Below are positions 53,453-64,000 of a stretch of 64,000 bases of DNA, piece by piece (position 1 is the first letter of the stretch; every line of letters begins with the position of its first letter). A program made the translations under genes and the position numbers. Origin of the DNA: Octopus sinensis (taxonomy: Eukaryota); assembly GCF_006345805.1 (NCBI RefSeq), contig NC_043009.1, positions 40,734,001 through 40,798,000 of the forward strand, given 5' to 3'. The notes beneath the pieces are model-generated. The model searched no databases, was not told the DNA's origin, and worked only from the letters and a program-made list of their open reading frames with translations.

Positions 53453-53900
53453 ACGCAGCCAGGAGTGGCTGTGTGGTAAGTAGCTTGCTTACCAGCCACC
53501 TGGTCCCGGGTTCAGTCCCACTACGTGGCACCTTGGGCAAGTATCTTCTACTATAGCCTCGAGCCCACCAAAACTTTGTGAATGGATTTGGTAGACGGAA
53601 ACTGAAAGAAGCCTGTTGTATATAATTTGTATATGTTGTTTATACACCTGTCTTCGTCTTTTGGTTTTCTGTAAATTCTAGCTATATATATATATATATA
53701 TGTATGTTTGTGTTTGTACCCCCACCCAACATCGCTTGACAACCGACGTTGGTGTGTTTACGTTCCTGTAACTTAGCGGTTCGGCAAAAGAGACCGATAG
53801 AGTAAATAATAGGCTTACAAAGAATAAGTCCTGGGGTCGATTTGTTCGACTAAAGGCGGTGCTCCAGCATGGCCGCAGTCAAATGACTGAAACAAATAAA
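53453..53900 (+). mobile_element. SINE family A
   Basis: Family A consensus with an extra insert in the internal TA tract. Confidence 0.9.
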
Positions 53901-54429
53901 AAAAAATTAAAAGAATGAAAGAAAGTAATTTTGACAGCTTGTAGGCCTAATTTTTTGATTAGAAGTGTTCTTCCTACTTTGTGAAACCCATCTTTTCGAG
54001 ATAGGCACCCAACCATTTAGCCACGTAGTGATATACTCTTATGATTAATTGCTGAAATTTAAAAGTGTAATCCGGATGTAGTTACTGCAGATTTCTTATC
54101 AATTCAGCATAGATGCTTTGTCATTCATCTTTAACACGAGGATGCCTAAAATAATCAAGTATTTATCCATATGAAACAACGCGGCTCTGTTAACAGGATA
54201 CGAGCCATGGTATCCATCTTCCGCTAGTAAACCAACATTTTCTTGACTCGGCCATTAGTATCTTTTCAGTCCAGAGAAAAGTAGTGCCCATGATCCATCA
54301 CACAGGGTCCGAGAAAAATTGCAGAAATGGGGTGAAGGTATCCTCTTACTGGAAACCTAGCTCAGGTGCTTGAATAGGATGGACGGCACAAAAAAAAACC
54401 CTAAAGTACAAGGTGGTAGTGTTAAACAA

Positions 54430-54660
54430 GGCAGCGAGCTGGCAGAAACGTAAGCATGCCGGACGAAATGCGTAGCCGTATTTCGTCTGCCGTTACGTTC
54501 TGAGTTCAAATTCCGCCGAGGTCGACTTTGCCTTTCATCCTTTCGGGGTCGATTAAATGAGTACCAGTTACGCACTGGGGTCGATATAATCGACTTAATC
54601 CGTTTGTCTGTCCTTGTTGGTCCTCTCTGTGTTTAGCTCCTTGTGGGTAGTAAAAATATA
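54430..54660 (+). mobile_element. SINE family B, full length
   Basis: Flanked by the TSD GGTGGTA(G/T)TGTTAAAC. Confidence 0.9.
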
Positions 54661-55313
54661 GGTGGTATTGTTAAACCGGATGGAGGGATATGTAAGTACA
54701 TAATCCACGCGCGTTATGGTAGGACTTGACACATAACACAAAAAGCTATTACAAATACAGAACGGCATCCGGTCCAATGACCTTATGGTTCCGCCAATCA
54801 TCTACCTTGGATTGGTGGTATTTTTGTTTCTTTTTTGTTTTTATCGATAAATGGCATTTTTATGAAAAGCAAAGTTGGCTTCGGCCGGATTTAAATTTAT
54901 AAAAAAGGGAATCAGAAGAAATGTCGTGAAACTTTCTCTCACGGTTCTGCTAACTCGTTGCCAACGACACGATTTTGGTTTTCCTTTTGTATTAAACAAA
55001 AGGGTTAACAAAACAATTAGGATACACTAAACATCACATGACTAGGTGTCTGAATGCCTCTCTTGGGCTCGTGATCACTCGCTTTGTTCTATGGTTCCTT
55101 TTCTGAAGATTCCCAGAAATTCTGCCGCCTGCTGAACAAAGCATTCAAGAATAACTAAAGAACAGGCGTGAAACGTTGTCAAATACCGAAAATGTCAAAG
55201 AGACGGAGATAAATGACGAGTTCTTGCAGAGTTTTAGGAAGAATCTCAGCAGGATTTATTTCTTGAATTAATAGTTCCCAAGTCAACACACACGTGCGCG
55301 CGCTAACACGTGT

Positions 55314-55375
<62 letters not shown>

Positions 55376-55912
55376 AATACACACGCACATACATATACAT
55401 GTGTTAGCACGCGCACGTGTGTCTGTGCGTGCGTGTGTGTACACAGATATATGTATGTGTGTGTGTAGGGAACCCTGATGTAGATATAATATTTATGTAA
55501 ATGTCTGTCATACAGTGTCACATGTGATCATGTATATCTGTGTATAAATATACGTATATGAATATATATATGTGCGTGTGTGCGTATTTACACAATTAAC
55601 AATAAGTGTTTTAATATGTATATAAAAACAAGTGTTGACTGAATAAAGGATTGAACACGTGTAAAGTCTGAATTCTGTTTTAATCTAATTGTTAGTGACT
55701 TCGAAATTTCGTGCAGTATTTTCCTTAATCATAGAACGGCAATTTGAATGGAATGAGTCAAATAGACAGCGATGTTTCGAAGTCCCTGTCAATAAAATCA
55801 TAATTAATATATGTGAGTACGTGTGTGTGCCTGTCTGTAAATATGTAACTATATGTATATATATGCATATGTATATGTGTGTGTGCGTGCGTGCGTGTGT
55901 GTGTGTGTGAAA

Positions 55913-55943
<31 letters not shown>

Positions 55944-56436
55944 TGTGTGTGTGTGTGTGTTTGCGTGTGTGTGTAGTCGAAGATTTTTCGGCTTTGATAA
56001 AATAGTATATTTTTTTCTTCTTTTAGTTGCTTCGGTCATTAGACTGCGGCCATGTTGGGGCACCGCCTTGAAGAGTTCAGGTCAGTCGAAAAACTTGACC
56101 CCAGTTCTTCTCTTTATTTTAAAGCCTAGTACTTATTCTGTTGGTCTCTTTTTGCCGAACCGCTGGGATACGGAGACGTAAACAAACCAGTTCTCTACTA
56201 CCGGGTATGAGGCAGCGGTAGAGAACTATCACTCCGTCGGTTACGACAACGAGGTTTCCAGTTGATCAGATCAACGGAACAGCCTACTGGTGAAAGTAAC
56301 GTTCAAGTGGCTGGGCACTCTACAGACGTAGTTCTCGCAGTGGTTCAGCGTGACACAAAATATGACAAAGTTGAACCTTAGAAATACAGGTTCATCTTTG
56401 AACTTCTCTGCATTAAGATCTGAAATATAAGATCTT

Positions 56437-56561
56437 CCCTGCTCTGATGACGGAGGCTCGTCGTACCCACTGTTAATTGCATCCGTACGGCTGCATATTG
56501 TGATGAACTAAATCTACCAACATTATTATGGATTACCGAGCCCCCAGAAACACCTGTTGGG
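56437..56561 (+). ncRNA. Long-stem-II hammerhead variant
   Basis: CTGATGA 56444-50. GGAGGCTCG/CGAGCCCCC closes a 96-nt stem II region. GAAA 56547-50. CACCTG-TT-GGG. Confidence 0.62.
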
Positions 56562-56703
56562 TTTACAACACCTTTCTTCCACTACTTTAATTTTCTCTGT
56601 TGTTTGCACTTTATGTAAGTTGGACCTATTAATGTAAATATTTATATGTTTATACGTTAAAATTCATTATCTGAAAGTTTCTACCTTTTGCTTTCTCTCG
56701 TTT

Positions 56704-56758
<55 letters not shown>

Positions 56759-56762
56759 GAGA

Positions 56763-56862
56763 NNNNNNNNNNNNNNNNNNNNNNNNNNNNNNNNNNNNNN
56801 NNNNNNNNNNNNNNNNNNNNNNNNNNNNNNNNNNNNNNNNNNNNNNNNNNNNNNNNNNNNNN
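56763..56862. other. Assembly gap (100 N)
   Basis: Run of N after (GA)n. Confidence 1.
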
Positions 56863-57306
56863 GGCGTCAACAGCATTCATAATAGAAGACCTCACACCCT
56901 TCTCACGATTAAGAACCATGGGAAGAATTTCTCTCGTGGCGTGCCCCTTTTATGGCGAAATATGTATTTATTCAAACATTGGAATGTTTGTATTAAAATG
57001 TGCTATTTTTAAATTTTAAATAATATTTTACTTACTTTTTACGCTTTTGGTTTTCTGTCTATAGCATTTACTATCATGTACTGTCTACAATAAGAATTTT
57101 TGCCCTCTAAAAGCTTCGAAATTGTCGAGTATTTTGGGAAGAAAACTTAGTCTATGTTATAAACCTCCTTTACGAGATGATAAAGTGTCTCTTACGATTT
57201 CTATTTCAAGCCACTTTCATTGACTTAACAGTTATTGCTCTTAAAAACGGCATGGATTTCACAATCTCCAAAATATTTGCTCATTTAATATTTATGATAC
57301 AATGAA

Positions 57307-57540
57307 GGCGGCGAACTGGCAGAAACGTTAGCACGCTGGGCGTAATGCCTACCGATATTTAGTCTGCCGCTACGCTCTGAGTTCAAATTCCACCGATGTC
57401 GACTTTGCCTTTTATCCTTTCGGGGTCGATTAAATAAGTACCAGTTACGCACTGGGGTCGATATAATCGACTTAATCTGTTTGTCTGTCCTTGTTTGTCC
57501 TCTCTGTGTTTAGCTCCTTGTGGGTAGTAAAGAAATAGGT
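57307..57540 (+). mobile_element. SINE family B
   Basis: Family B consensus. Confidence 0.9.
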
Positions 57541-57649
57541 ATGTCTGTAGTCGCAAGGAATGGACGAAAGCGCTAATTAAAGAATTATCCAAAATTTTGA
57601 CTGGTTTTTTCTTCTTAATCTACAAAAATCTGTACATCACTTCTGTACA

Positions 57650-57935
57650 TCCCAGTACTTATTCTATCGGTGTATTTTGCCGAACCGCTAAGTTACGGGG
57701 ACGCAAACACACCAGCATCGATTGTCAAGCGATGTTGGGGGGACAAACATATACACATACATATATATACACATATATACGACGGGCTTCTTTCAGGTTC
57801 CGTCTACCAAATCCACTCACAAGGCTTTGGTCGGCCCGAGGCTATAGTAGAAGACACTTGCCCAAGGTGCCACGCAGTGGGACTGAACTCGGAACTATGT
57901 GGTTGTTAAACAAGCTACTTACCACACAGCCACTC
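57650..57935 (-). mobile_element. SINE family A (3' part missing)
   Basis: Reverse complement of the family A consensus. Confidence 0.88.
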
Positions 57936-57944
57936 ATATATATA

Positions 57945-58200
57945 AACTTATAAACAGTTTTTCTATGCTAATATTCTCAGAACAGACTTTAAATCGTCAA
58001 TTTCCACATTTCACTATCCTGTTGTATAATGAAATGTGGAAATTGACGATTTAAAGTCTGTTATCAGCATATTGGCATAGAAAAACTTTTTCTTTTGCCC
58101 TTGTTTATAAGTTGTTTATACTTTTAAACTTCTTTATAGGTATTTTAATATGCCGCCACTTTTGATGAAATTTTTTCTGAAAATTTTTTTATCCTATATA
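57945..58200. mobile_element. Fold-back element ending in the conserved 3' hairpin motif
   Basis: Arms ~57945-58013 and ~58030-58113. Motif at 58150-58196. Confidence 0.65.
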
Positions 58201-58231
58201 TTAGTAGTAGTTAGCATACACACACACACAC

Positions 58232-58267
<36 letters not shown>

Positions 58268-58289
58268 ATATATATATATATATAATATC

Positions 58290-58350
<61 letters not shown>

Positions 58351-58431
58351 CACGCACACATGCACTAGTTTAGTCGTTTCGACTTACGTCATTTCCGAAG
58401 AATCGTCGGTCTTTCTAAAATATTAAATAAA

Positions 58432-58829
58432 TCTTTATATATAAAAGTAAGGTTGTGTGCTGTCTGTCTCCTACGATTTAGATTCCTAACTACTCCCACA
58501 TTTTGCGGTGCAGTTTAACCAAAACCGGGTATCTTATAGTCGTGATTCATATCGAGCCCTTCTCGGTATTAGCGCGTGTCTACGATGAGTCTACGATTTA
58601 AAAAAAAAATTACCATCAATTTTTCCCATTTTTAATGCATTTTTGGCATATATAAGGGAAGTAACTCTCTAAAAGTTTATTATTAAATCCCAGAACGTAA
58701 AAAACTACAGTAACACCCCCCCACCTTTGTTGTTAACCATATTGAGATGGCTATTATACTTTACATCTCTAAAAATGCTTATATAGTTATTTCCCTACAA
58801 ACCCGAACAACGCCAGGCGATACTGCTAG
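58432..58829 (+). mobile_element. Non-autonomous Helitron
   Basis: A|TC 5' end, subterminal hairpin and CTAG|T 3' end. Homologous to 20674-21187. Confidence 0.85.
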
Positions 58830-59327
58830 TATTAAATATAGTATTAATTTACGTCACATGGCAAAACAGCAATAACGTACTATACTGTACTGTTAGTTCC
58901 GGTTTGTATCGATCGGTTACATTCGTATTCACCTCCGGAAATAAATAAAAAAAAGCAATACAAACATAATCTGTATAGCATATTAAAATTAATGTTAAAA
59001 TACAGTATGCATCATTGATCCCGAGCGTCGTAGTTTTACGTTGTAGAAAATTCAAGAGGCTTTTTCGCATTTCGATAAATGTCTTGCTTGATTTGAGGAA
59101 ATGGATCCCAATGCACAACGTTTTGTAAAAATATTGGGGGTTGTCAAGATACTATTGCACCTTATTACTTCATTCTTGAAGAGATGAAAAAGACAATTCA
59201 AGGAACTTTGAACAAGTTCGTACAACGATTTACACCATCACAACAGGAGTCAGCTGACGTTCCCCAACCATCGACATCTAGCATGTAATCTCCTCCTCCT
59301 CCTCGTACATCAGCCTCAACGAGTATC

Positions 59328-59552
59328 TATTTCTTTACTACCCACAAGGGGCTAAACACAGAGAGGACAAACAAGGACAGACAAACGGATTAAGTCGATT
59401 ATATTGACCCCAGTTCGTAACTGATACTTATTTAATCGATCCCGAAAGGATGAAAGGCAAAGTCGACCTCGGCGGAATTTGAACTCAGAACGTAACGGCA
59501 GACGAAATACGGCTACGCATTTCGCCCGGCGTGCTAACGTTTCTGCCAGCTC
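59328..59552 (-). mobile_element. SINE family B
   Basis: TSD CGAGTATC at 59320-27 and 59553-60. Confidence 0.9.
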
Positions 59553-59946
59553 CGAGTATCACCGACATCAGCCATCAGGTAGACAACAGTACGGCGTTTG
59601 AAATTATTTCTTTCTAATGTAAAAGCAGCTTAGGCTTGCCTAACAATTTACCGAGTTCTTAGGCTAACATAAAAACAATCTAGGCTAGCCTAGGTTTGAA
59701 TTATTACCTGTATATACATTTAAATAATGGTTATTTCGACTTAAGTCATGTCCTCTGGAACCAATTAACGACGTAGAGTGAGGTATGATTGTGCGTATAT
59801 ATATATATATATATATGGTGTGTGTGTGTGTGTGTGTATGCAAGTATACACACACACGCATATATATATATACACATGTATGTATATGATGTATGTATGT
59901 TAATATTATATATAATATATTTTATATATATATATTTATATATATA

Positions 59947-59984
<38 letters not shown>

Positions 59985-59985
<1 letters not shown>

Positions 59986-60253
59986 ATATAAATTAGAGAT
60001 AAAACCACTATTATGCAACTCAAGCAGTGATAGACAGAAACCAAAACATAAATAACAAACAATATATATTTTATAAAACATATAACTAGATCTCAAAAAG
60101 TATAAAAATGAATGATCAATATATAAGTAAAAAAACTGCGTACGTTTCATGGCTACAATTAAATTCGAATGACAATTAAATTTAAATTGTGAAATTTGAT
60201 TTAATACTAAATTCAATTTTTCCCTGTAAGTTTGGAGTTATACTCCCTAATAT

Positions 60254-60255
<2 letters not shown>
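59985..60255. mobile_element. Divergently joined Penelope-like tails with a hammerhead 3' half, between TA arrays
   Basis: The minus strand has GAAA-CGTACG-CA at 60148-60137. Both termini match 3176-3505. Confidence 0.55.
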
Positions 60256-60287
<32 letters not shown>

Positions 60288-60654
60288 TATCAAATATTCT
60301 CTGTATACATTACACTTTGTAATGCTCAAGAGGTTTAAGCTTGAGCAAGTATAGAAGCAAATGTGAGGATATGCATGTTAGGCAGGGGTCAGTATGCAAA
60401 TATATTAAATACATGAAAATAGAAAAAAATGTACGTATGTTTGCATACAAAAAAGGTATGACTTACCCTGAATAGAAATGATATGAAGAATTAAATAGGT
60501 TGAAGAAAAGTATTACAAATCCAACAGTTACTTCTGGTGGTCTAAAATAATATTTGTAGATTGCTAGGCTGACTTTGTCTTGGTTCAAGATTACATTTAG
60601 GTATGGATACTAATAGTTTTGGTATTAAATAGATTTAATAAAATACGTGAAAGA

Positions 60655-61030
60655 TCAGAAATACCTGTCTTCGCAAAACAAAATTACATCTGAGAATCTA
60701 TTAAATAATGAGGAGTTGTGAAGGCGAAGAATGGTTAGCGATTCTCTTAAACATAATTTACACATATCAATGTTGGCATTGTTTGGACGAGTTTCACTTT
60801 ACTATTGACCAAGATAAGGCCTATGGAATATTTTAGTATTTAAGGTGGTTGATAATTTAAAATTTGGATTGGAGAAAGAATTCATGTGTGCACAATAGCG
60901 GCGCTTGAAATCAACTGTACCACCGATATATACCCTTGCTACATGGCACTTGTAGATTACATTCTTACGTAAACAAAAGGCTCCAAGAGGGCATAGTTGA
61001 GAAACCCGACAATTGCAAGTGTACCTACCT
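60655..61030 (-). pseudogene. GIY-YIG endonuclease domain remnant of a Penelope-like retroelement
   Basis: CNCRVSQLCPLGAFCLRKNVIYKCHVARVYIGGTVDFKRRYCAHMNSF..STTL, then after frameshifts WSIV..MCKLCLRESLTILRLHNSSLFNRFSDVILFC. Confidence 0.85.
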
Positions 61031-61339
61031 GCTCTGTGGTTAGAGTTTACTGCTAGGGAAGTTGAACTCCGTTGGTCCATTATTAGTGAGGAAGGACCAA
61101 AAGTACAATCTGTATCAGTATTGGATTGGGAGGTAGTATTGCAGCTAGTATATATTGTCGAGTGGGTAGAATTGTGGGAAGATGGCTTGAGTTTGGTATT
61201 ACTAAGATGAGTGGGGTTACTAAGGGTTGTATTATCGCTATTCGGTGAGTTAATTTGAGGTGCAGTGTGAGGGTTTGGGTATTATGAGGACTGGTGTTGA
61301 AGTTTGCGTCTTCTTACTATCAACACTTCACATGTAAGT

Positions 61340-61435
61340 TCCCTTCACTGAAGACGGAGGCTCGTTTCATCTGACGATGGAATCAATCTACAAACATTAT
61401 TTTGGACCATCGTGCTCCCAGAAACAGCTGTTGGA
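61340..61435 (+). ncRNA. Long-stem-II hammerhead variant in the pLTR
   Basis: CTGAAGA 61348-54. 66-nt stem II region with ACGATGG/CCATCGT. GAAA 61421-24. Palindrome AACAGCTGTT. GGA. Confidence 0.65.
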
Positions 61436-61611
61436 TTTGTAATACTTTTCTTCAACCCCTTAATCTTTGATATCAATCAATTTTATTCTGTATAAATAAG
61501 ACCTTTTTGTATGTAAACATTTGTATATATACATTTTTTGCATTTCATTTATTTAATATACTTTGTATATTGACCTGCCTAACTAGCTTATCATTACACT
61601 TGCTATATATA

Positions 61612-61658
<47 letters not shown>

Positions 61659-61667
61659 GCAAATATA

Positions 61668-62010
61668 GGCGCAAGCGTGGCTGTGTGGTAATAAGCTTGC
61701 TTCCCAACCACATGGTTCCAGGTTCAGTTCCACTGTGTTGCACTTTGGGAAAAATGCTTCCTAATATAACCCCAGGTCGACCAAGCCTTGTGAGTGGATT
61801 TAGTTGATGGAAACTGAGAAGCCCATCGTATATATGAATATATTTATGTGTGTCCCTCGCCATCGCTTGACAACCGATGTTGGTGTGTTTACGCTTCGGC
61901 AAAAGAGTCCGATAGAATAAGTACTAGGCTTACAAAAAATAAGTCCTGGGGTCGATTTGTTCGACTAAATGTGGTGTTCCAGCATGGCCGCAGTCAAATG
62001 GCTGAAACAA
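61668..62010 (+). mobile_element. SINE family A
   Basis: Family A consensus. Confidence 0.88.
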
Positions 62011-62321
62011 GGAAAAAAAATTTAAATGTATGTATGCATGTATAAATCCTTAAGAATGTTTTAGCCTGAAGGCCGCGGCCATGCTGGGGCACCACCGCTG
62101 GAAATGTATATTAATATTAATATATACTCCAGACAGTTTTTACTGTCCAGCGAAGAGAACACGGAATTACCCACCGGAAGAATTCACAGAGTGACTAACA
62201 ACTAATTGTAGTCGCAGACGTTAAATTCTAGGCGTTAACAGGAACTTAGCTGAGAACTAATGCGGTATCCACCCGGATATTATATCATTCCGAACTCACT
62301 TTTATATATGAATATAAATAT

Positions 62322-62425
<104 letters not shown>

Positions 62426-62433
62426 GAATATAA

Positions 62434-62477
<44 letters not shown>

Positions 62478-62507
62478 ATGAATATAAATATATATATATG
62501 AATATAA

Positions 62508-62550
<43 letters not shown>

Positions 62551-62553
<3 letters not shown>

Positions 62554-62840
62554 AGGCGCAATGGCCCAGTGGTTAGGGCAGCGGACTCGCGGTCGTAGGA
62601 TCGCGGTTTCGATTCCCAGACCGGGCGTTATGAGTGTTTATTGAGCGAAAACACCTAAAAGCTCCACGAGGCTCCGTTAGGGGGTGGTGATCCCTGCTGT
62701 ACTCTTTCACCACTCTTTCTCCCACTCTTTCTTCTGTTGGCCTGCTCGCTTAGCCAGCGGGGTGGCGTCATTCGAAGGCTAAAACAATGCGAACGCACTG
62801 TGACCAGCGATGTGTAACTACATCTGGTGGACTGGTCGGT

Positions 62841-62848
<8 letters not shown>
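62551..62848 (+). mobile_element. SINE family C with tail type 3
   Basis: Matches 48025-48328. Confidence 0.9.
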
Positions 62849-62910
<62 letters not shown>

Positions 62911-63514
62911 AACAGATAAAATTTTCATGCTTTACAACTCTATGTCAGAAGTTTCTCTAAAATGGCTAGAGCTGTTTCACGTTTGTTTCTACAATGTTAA
63001 TACTGTAGACATTGTTATCGTGATCCTAAGCGTTTTGAAGTTTGTATGTTAATTTTATTCCAACCCTGGTTAGCTTCCGTGCACAAATCATTGAATGTTT
63101 TGTTTGCAGATTTCTAAATCTGTAAAAAGTATTTTGCGGCTTAGTTCACTGAGGAGACCAAATCAAATTGAAACACTTCGTCTGGCAATCCGCCGACAAT
63201 GTTCTGAGCGAAGCCTTGCTTTTTTTTTTAACAAAGAAGTTTCTTTGAAGAATTTCTGTGAAGTAAAATGTTATATCCATTGTCGTTCCATGTTAATATA
63301 CACATAATAAATGTCATACACACCAGTGTTTTAATCTAATGCTGTTTCCATATTTTACTACGTTTCCATATCTTATTCGAACAGTTGTATTTACTTATGT
63401 ACATTGAATTAAATGAATTGAATATCATCCTTGTTATCCTGTGATAATTAGAAGTTTTCACCGCATAAAGTGGAAATAATATTAAATATACGTTTATTGT
63501 ATTTAGTTGTTATA

Positions 63515-63830
63515 GGCAGGATAAGCAAAAAAGTGGGAATGCTTGCATTGGGATAGAGTTCCGTATAGTCGTGTTGTCTTGTAGTTCAATATTACAGCTT
63601 TTATAATTTTTAGCAAAGCTTCTAAAACCTTCGACAAAACTAATTGGCGGGAATTAAATGTATGATACTTGTTCATAGTTGTGATTGACAGAATAAGTAG
63701 AAAAATTGGGAACTGAGTCGCAGAGTTCAGTGTTATGCCTGCGGTCGTGTTGTTTTGTAGTTCAATATCGTAGCTTTTATAACTTTTAGCAAACCTTCTA
63801 AAACCTTCGACAAACTATTTAGTGGGAATT
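63515..63830. repeat. Imperfect tandem duplication, ~170-175-bp period
   Basis: GTCGTGTTGT..TGTAGTTCAATAT..CTTCTAAAACCTTCGACAAA..GGGAATT occurs twice. Confidence 0.8.
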
Positions 63831-64000
63831 TCACACAACTTAGTTTCAAGTTACCCGCGTTATTTGTTACATACTGATTGGTAGAACAATGTTTACGTTG
63901 GTGTTTTTGCCTTTTGTGGCGATACCGTTAATTTCTCGCATGGTCTCTCCTTTTACAGAAATATAATTGGATTGTGGTTCTAAATCGTAAATCTGAGATG

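Larger units (their letters stand above)
58366..59791 (+). mobile_element. Internally deleted pogo/Tigger element hosting a Helitron and a SINE
   Basis: ~59015-59288 reads ..KIQEAFSHFDKCLA*FEEMDPNAQRFVKI..YYFILEEMKKTIQGTLNKF..*, a Tigger-like C-terminus. The right end CGACGTAGAGTGAGGTATGATTG resembles a Tigger TIR. Confidence 0.7.
60290..61603 (-). mobile_element. Truncated Penelope-like element (Naiad-type) with inverted pLTRs
   Basis: GIY-YIG remnant plus an inverted repeat, ~60375-60565 (minus) versus ~61385-61583 (plus). TA arrays on both sides. Confidence 0.82.

Noticed and set aside
55100-55185. CTGAAGA...CGCCTG/CAGGCG-T-GAAACGTT
   Set aside because: Stem II does not start next to the core and there is no stem I. 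Could be chance or heavy decay.
56650-56919. ORFs spanning the N run
   Set aside because: Artefacts of the assembly gap.

Overview
This is an AT-rich, microsatellite-saturated metazoan region with no recognisable host gene, so it is probably intronic or intergenic. The SINE repertoire and simple-repeat load point to a coleoid cephalopod, most likely Octopus (inference). Almost all listed ORFs are microsatellite or SINE artefacts. The real content is: (1) four tRNA-headed SINE families with swappable head and tail modules; (2) decayed R4/Dong, CR1 and L1/Tx1 LINEs; (3) Tc1/mariner, Tigger, hAT, Merlin-like and Helitron remnants; and (4) a dense set of short elements in or next to (TA)n arrays, often as fold-back or inverted structures. 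At least a dozen intact, degenerate or half type I hammerhead ribozyme motifs with palindromic stem III can be read from these short elements. One hammerhead family is physically tied to a Naiad-type Penelope GIY-YIG remnant (60.3-61.6 kb). One element joins a tRNA-derived Pol III head to a hammerhead (38.5-39.0 kb), and one is a ~490-nt circularly permuted retrozyme-like unit (34.0-35.1 kb). Several unrelated families share a structurally conserved 3' motif, 'AUGC..CYACU + hairpin + CU'. All folds and alignments were done by eye and coordinates of degraded elements are approximate.
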